Shown here one piece after another: positions 60,427 through 64,000 of a stretch of DNA of 64,000 bases. Source of the DNA: Actinomycetota bacterium (GTDB lineage Bacteria > Actinomycetota > UBA4738 > HRBIN12). The position numbers and the translations under genes are program-made. The stretch's first letter is position 1. The number at the start of each line of letters is the position of its first letter. Under the pieces are notes generated by a model. It had not been told where the DNA came from and searched no databases. It saw only the letters and a list, made by a program, of their open reading frames with translations. Where the stretch lies: positions 8,245 to 72,244 of the forward strand of contig JAXDJX010000017.1 in assembly GCA_034667405.1 (NCBI GenBank), given 5' to 3'.

Positions 60427-61539
60427 TCAGTCGTTCGAGCCCCAGCCCTTCCTGGTCGCCGAAGCCGCCGCGCTCGGTGTCTCCGCCACTTCCTTCGGAT
60501 AGAGGCTGTGCGCCAGCGCTTCTTCGCGCGTCACGACACCATCGAGTACGAGTTCGGACAGGGCGGACTCCAGCGTTTGCATGCCATCTTCCTGGCCCGT
60601 CAGCAGCTGGTTCCGAAGCTGGTTGCTCTTGCCCTCCCTGATGAGCGAGCGAGTGGCGTGTGTCGCGACCAGCACCTCGAACGCGGCCACCTGGCCGCCT
60701 CCGATCCTGGGCAGGAGCTGCTGATAGATGATCCCCGTCAGCGAGTTGGCGAGCTGCACGCGGATCTGGGACTGCCTCCCCGTCGGGAACACGTCGACCA
60801 AGCGGTCCACCGCCTGGCTCGTGTCGTTCGTGTGGAGGGTTCCGAGCACAAGGTGTCCCGTTTCGGCCATCGTCAGGGTGGTCTGGATGGTCTCGAGGTC
60901 GCGCATCTCACCGACGAGCAGGACGTCGGGGTCGGCACGAAGAGCCGCGCGGATCCCCCGGACGAACGACGTCGTGTCCTGACCGACCTCCCGTTGGTTC
61001 ACTGCCGCGAGGTTATGCCGGTGCACGTACTCGATCGGATCCTCGATCGTGATGATGTGGCACCGCCGCTCCTGGTTGATGCGGTCGATCATGGAAGCGA
61101 GCGTGGTGGATTTCCCGGATCCCGTGGGGCCGGTCGCGAGCACCAGGCCGCGTGGAACGCGGACGAACCGCTCCACCACCGAGGGCAGACCCAGATCCTC
61201 GAACGACGGGATCGCGAACGGGATGAGTCGCAGCGAAAGCCCCATCGCCCCCTGTTGCAGGAACACGTTCGCGCGGAACCTGGCGCGGTCACCCCAGCCG
61301 AACGAGAAGTCCGCGTCCTTCTCACGCGCGAACTCCTCCGCCACTTCCGGAGGCAGCAAGCCGGTGACGATCCTCTCGGTGTCTTCAGCGGTGAGCTCGG
61401 CTGCATCTTCTGCGGGCTGCATCGTGCCGCTCACCCGCAGCAGGGGCGGCACGCCGGCGGTGAAGAGCAGGTCCGTTCCTCGCTGGTTCCACAGCTGCCA
61501 GAGGTAGTCCTCGATCGCGGTGGTATCGATCTCAGCCAT
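60427..61539 (-). CDS. pilT: Twitching motility ATPase PilT (pilus retraction)
   Basis: GPTGSGKSTT Walker A. IITIEDPIEY. AIRAALRADPDVLLVGEMRDLETI. GHLVLGTLHTN. 370 aa. Confidence 0.9.
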   Translation of the reverse strand: MAEIDTTAIEDYLWQLWNQRGTDLLFTAGVPPLLRVSGTMQPAEDAAELTAEDTERIVTGLLPPEVAEEFAREKDADFSFGWGDRARFRANVFLQQGAMGLSLRLIPFAIPSFEDLGLPSVVERFVRVPRGLVLATGPTGSGKSTTLASMIDRINQERRCHIITIEDPIEYVHRHNLAAVNQREVGQDTTSFVRGIRAALRADPDVLLVGEMRDLETIQTTLTMAETGHLVLGTLHTNDTSQAVDRLVDVFPTGRQSQIRVQLANSLTGIIYQQLLPRIGGGQVAAFEVLVATHATRSLIREGKSNQLRNQLLTGQEDGMQTLESALSELVLDGVVTREEALAHSLYPKEVAETPSAAASATRKGWGSND

Positions 61540-61557
61540 AGACGGGAGTATGCCAGC

Positions 61558-62061
61558 TCACGGGCAGGCGCCGGAATCGTGGCCGCAATACGTCCAGGAG
61601 AGGATGTTGACATCTGGCACTGTCCCGCCACTGTCGTGATAGACGACGGTCGCCCGGACGATCGGTGTCGCGGTGCCGACGGAGGACGTGAACGTGACCG
61701 TTCGATCCGGTTGAAGGGGGTCTGCCGACCAGTTGCAGACCACCTTTGCCACGGTCGTGACACCATTGTCTGTTGAGGTCGTGGAGAGCAGGGTCGGTGT
61801 GGCGGACGTTGCAGGAGGGGGAGGGGGTTGGCACCGGGGGTCCCCGTATGCGCCGACCCCGGTGTCGGACCTGCCGACCTGGATCGCGGCGTCGATTGCT
61901 CCGTCCGCGGCGTACACGTTCGCCCGTTGCTCACGGAGTCGTGCGGTGCTGAGCACACTCGCCTCGCCGAACGTGAGCATCGCCCCGATGACGAGCCCGA
62001 AGAAGAGGAGGAATCCCAACGCCAGGAGCAGAACTTGCCCGTCCTCGTCGCGAACGCTCAC
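61558..62061 (-). CDS. Pilus assembly protein (PilX/minor-pilin-like: N-terminal TM helix, Pro-rich linker, Cys pair)
   Basis: GQVLLLALGFLLFFGLVIGAMLTFG N-terminus. Lies in the minor-pilin operon. Confidence 0.5.
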   Translation of the reverse strand: MSVRDEDGQVLLLALGFLLFFGLVIGAMLTFGEASVLSTARLREQRANVYAADGAIDAAIQVGRSDTGVGAYGDPRCQPPPPPATSATPTLLSTTSTDNGVTTVAKVVCNWSADPLQPDRTVTFTSSVGTATPIVRATVVYHDSGGTVPDVNILSWTYCGHDSGACP

Positions 62062-62501
62062 GGAACACTCCTCTTGATGACCTGCAACGTCTCCGTTGCC
62101 TGCCCGTCCGAGGATGTGGCTTGGATCGAGATCTGCTGCATGCCGTGGTCACAGTTCGATGTGAACTTGACCATGTCGCCTGGGGGGACCGGCTGCCCGT
62201 CCCAGTACTTGACACCCTGGATCGTTACGGAGAAGCCGGCGGGAACCGAGAGGCCCGCCAAGGAGTACGCACCTGAACCGGCGCAGTTCGCATAGGGGTT
62301 CCGAACGCTGTCTTTCACCAACTCAGCCGCAGAGCGAACGATGGCATCCGCCGTCGCCGCCTTCCGCTGATAGGCGGAGGCGGTGATCGTTGTGATGAGT
62401 CCGCCCAAGATGGCTGTGAACGTGATCCCCACGATGGCGACGGTGATCAAGATCTCCACCAGCGAGAACCCGTCGTTGGAATCGATGTCATTGCGGCGCA
62501 A
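62058..62501 (-). CDS. Prepilin-type N-terminal cleavage/methylation domain protein (minor pilin/pseudopilin)
   Basis: G|FSLVEILITVAIVGITF class-III signal. Overlaps the downstream gene by 4 nt. Confidence 0.65.
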   Translation of the reverse strand: MRRNDIDSNDGFSLVEILITVAIVGITFTAILGGLITTITASAYQRKAATADAIVRSAAELVKDSVRNPYANCAGSGAYSLAGLSVPAGFSVTIQGVKYWDGQPVPPGDMVKFTSNCDHGMQQISIQATSSDGQATETLQVIKRSVP

Positions 62502-62512
62502 TATCAGGCTCC

Positions 62513-64000
62513 TCAGCCGATGGTCACCGGCGACGAAACTTTGATGTTCTGGGCGATGATCGCCTTGGCGGTAAGCGTTGCGGCGCCCGTCGCGAGCGTG
62601 ACCTGTGTCGAGTTGGGCACGTAGATGACTCCACCGAATGAGATGGGTGTACTGCTGCCGGCATTACCGGCGATCTTCACAGGGTTCGAGTCAGTTCGTG
62701 CCTGGAAGATCACGATGCCCTTGTACGTACCGGAACCCGGAGCGGGGAGGTTGATCGTCGACCCGCCGGTCAGACTCACGCTGCCTCCTGCGATGTACAG
62801 CATCACGCCCTCGTTGCAGGGCGACGCACAGGTGAGTGAGGCGCTTCCGGAGATCGAGATGCCTTGCTTGAGATAGTAGATACCCGGGTTAAGTACCGTA
62901 TTAGCCGTGCGCGAGAGGGTCCCCGAGTACACACCGGGTTGGCAGACGCTTCCACTGCAACTTCCCGTCCCTTGCGGGTCGGGAGCGGCCAGCGATCGAA
63001 GAGGATCTGGGAGCGACGTTGGGTAGGACGTCCAAGGCTGGTTGCCGCTCCAAGAGCAACCGGCGCAACTGACCGTGTTGTGACTGCAGCCTGAACATCC
63101 GCCGGGCTGTAGGATCCGGAAGTCCCCCGGAGCGATTGTGATCTGCTTCGCCGTCTTCGACCCTGTCAGTCTCACGGCGCTGCTGTTCGTGGAATTCACA
63201 TAGAGCGAACCTTTGACGGTCAGGAGCCCGGCGGGACTCGCCGTGTCCAGCGCCATCCCGTAGACGGTGATGCCATTCCCGTTATTGCCGCCGGTGATGC
63301 TGAACCCGATCGCGAGGTTCGCGTACGCCGCCGTCGGGATCTTGTTGGCTTCGGTCGTGGTCAGCTGCCAGTCGTAGCTGCCAAGGTTGTTGATGCTATT
63401 GATCTGGTTCGACACGAGGAACGTCCCGCCGTTATAGATCGACACTGTGAGTTTCATCGCGCCGGACCCGACACCCGCCGCTCGCACTTCGACCGCAGGC
63501 GTCGTACCCGTGTCAGGTGGGCTCACGGCGGACATCGCCACCTTCGCCTCCTGGTTCTTCGCGATGGTGGTGGCCCCGGTGGAGTCGGATTGATCGCTCA
63601 GCTTGTCCCATAAGGTGGTCGGCATCGCAGGGATCGGGGTCCATCCGTTCTGAGCCACATCAGAGACCGGCAATGACGTAAGGGAGGAGTCGATCGCGCA
63701 GGCCCCCGAGGTGCCCGGGTCTGGACAACTTCCTTGTACCCACAACGGACTCGACGTTCCTGTGGAAAGCAGCGTGACATCTGGGGGAGGGACACTTCCG
63801 CCACCCCCGCTGCTGTATCCCCGGCGCGAGCCCAGCAGCGTGTAGCTGTATCCGCTGGCTTCAGTGAAAGCCATGGTCACCGCGGCGACCGTTCCGTTGC
63901 ACGCCGCGTTCGGCGAACACGTTACGGTTGGTTGTGCGGATCCTGAGAAGTGCGCCAAGACCACGGACGTGGTGCCGAACCTCCGAGTCACTTGTGTCTC
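62513..64000 (-). CDS. Large Gly/Ser/Thr-rich pilus-associated surface protein (possible tip adhesin/PilY1-like), N-terminus outside window
   Basis: ORF open to the window end. Many Cys pairs. Beta-rich G/S/T repeats. First gene of the minor-pilin/pilT operon. Confidence 0.45.
   Translation of the reverse strand, partial: ETQVTRRFGTTSVVLAHFSGSAQPTVTCSPNAACNGTVAAVTMAFTEASGYSYTLLGSRRGYSSGGGGSVPPPDVTLLSTGTSSPLWVQGSCPDPGTSGACAIDSSLTSLPVSDVAQNGWTPIPAMPTTLWDKLSDQSDSTGATTIAKNQEAKVAMSAVSPPDTGTTPAVEVRAAGVGSGAMKLTVSIYNGGTFLVSNQINSINNLGSYDWQLTTTEANKIPTAAYANLAIGFSITGGNNGNGITVYGMALDTASPAGLLTVKGSLYVNSTNSSAVRLTGSKTAKQITIAPGDFRILQPGGCSGCSHNTVSCAGCSWSGNQPWTSYPTSLPDPLRSLAAPDPQGTGSCSGSVCQPGVYSGTLSRTANTVLNPGIYYLKQGISISGSASLTCASPCNEGVMLYIAGGSVSLTGGSTINLPAPGSGTYKGIVIFQARTDSNPVKIAGNAGSSTPISFGGVIYVPNSTQVTLATGAATLTAKAIIAQNIKVSSPVTIG

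Noticed and set aside
1-64000. CRISPR arrays, tRNA/rRNA genes, IS elements/integrases
   Set aside because: No regularly spaced direct repeats with unique spacers, no tRNA-like cloverleaf candidates, and no transposase/integrase-like ORFs noticed. Only the protein-coding tandem duplications listed above.

Overview
High-GC (about 68-70%) chromosomal segment that looks actinobacterial, densely coding on both strands. I saw no rRNA, tRNA, CRISPR array or transposase/integrase. Many long six-frame ORFs are antisense artefacts of the GC content.

Main content, in order:
- Sulfatase translationally coupled to a secreted beta-propeller dehydrogenase-like protein with thrombospondin type-3 repeats.
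- A dispersed family of five PD40/TolB-like beta-propeller paralogs: one membrane-anchored and coupled to an ECF sigma factor, one frameshifted.
- PAS histidine kinase; MarR/MMPL divergent pair.
- Tight minus-strand operon: flotillin, small protein, RibD_C-type reductase, SagB/ThcOx-like tandem nitroreductase, flavin amine oxidase.
- L,D-transpeptidase lipoprotein.
- Two class-III nucleotide cyclase fusions: zinc ribbon + cyclase + STAND ATPase + TPR (1056 aa), and alpha/beta-hydrolase + cyclase.
- Two ECF sigma/anti-sigma modules flanking an RTX-like calcium-binding repeat protein.
- AKR/TetR/MFS operon; sulfotransferase; BNR sialidase-like protein; tdh-kbl operon.
- Cupredoxin plus an internally duplicated lipoprotein.
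- Overlapping-coupled lipoprotein/NRAMP/PRC-barrel/PRC-barrel operon with a CsbD-like gene upstream.
- CBM-FN3x2-metallophosphoesterase.
- Type IV pilus cluster: pilB, pilC, pilin, convergent pilT, minor pilins, large partial surface protein.

Most interesting candidates for undescribed systems: the SagB-like/amine oxidase/RibD_C/small-protein operon, the NRAMP-PRC-barrel operon, and the PD40-propeller/ECF-sigma paralog family. Also noted: two apparent pseudogenes (DsbA-like, PD40 frameshift) and three short genes missing from the ORF track.
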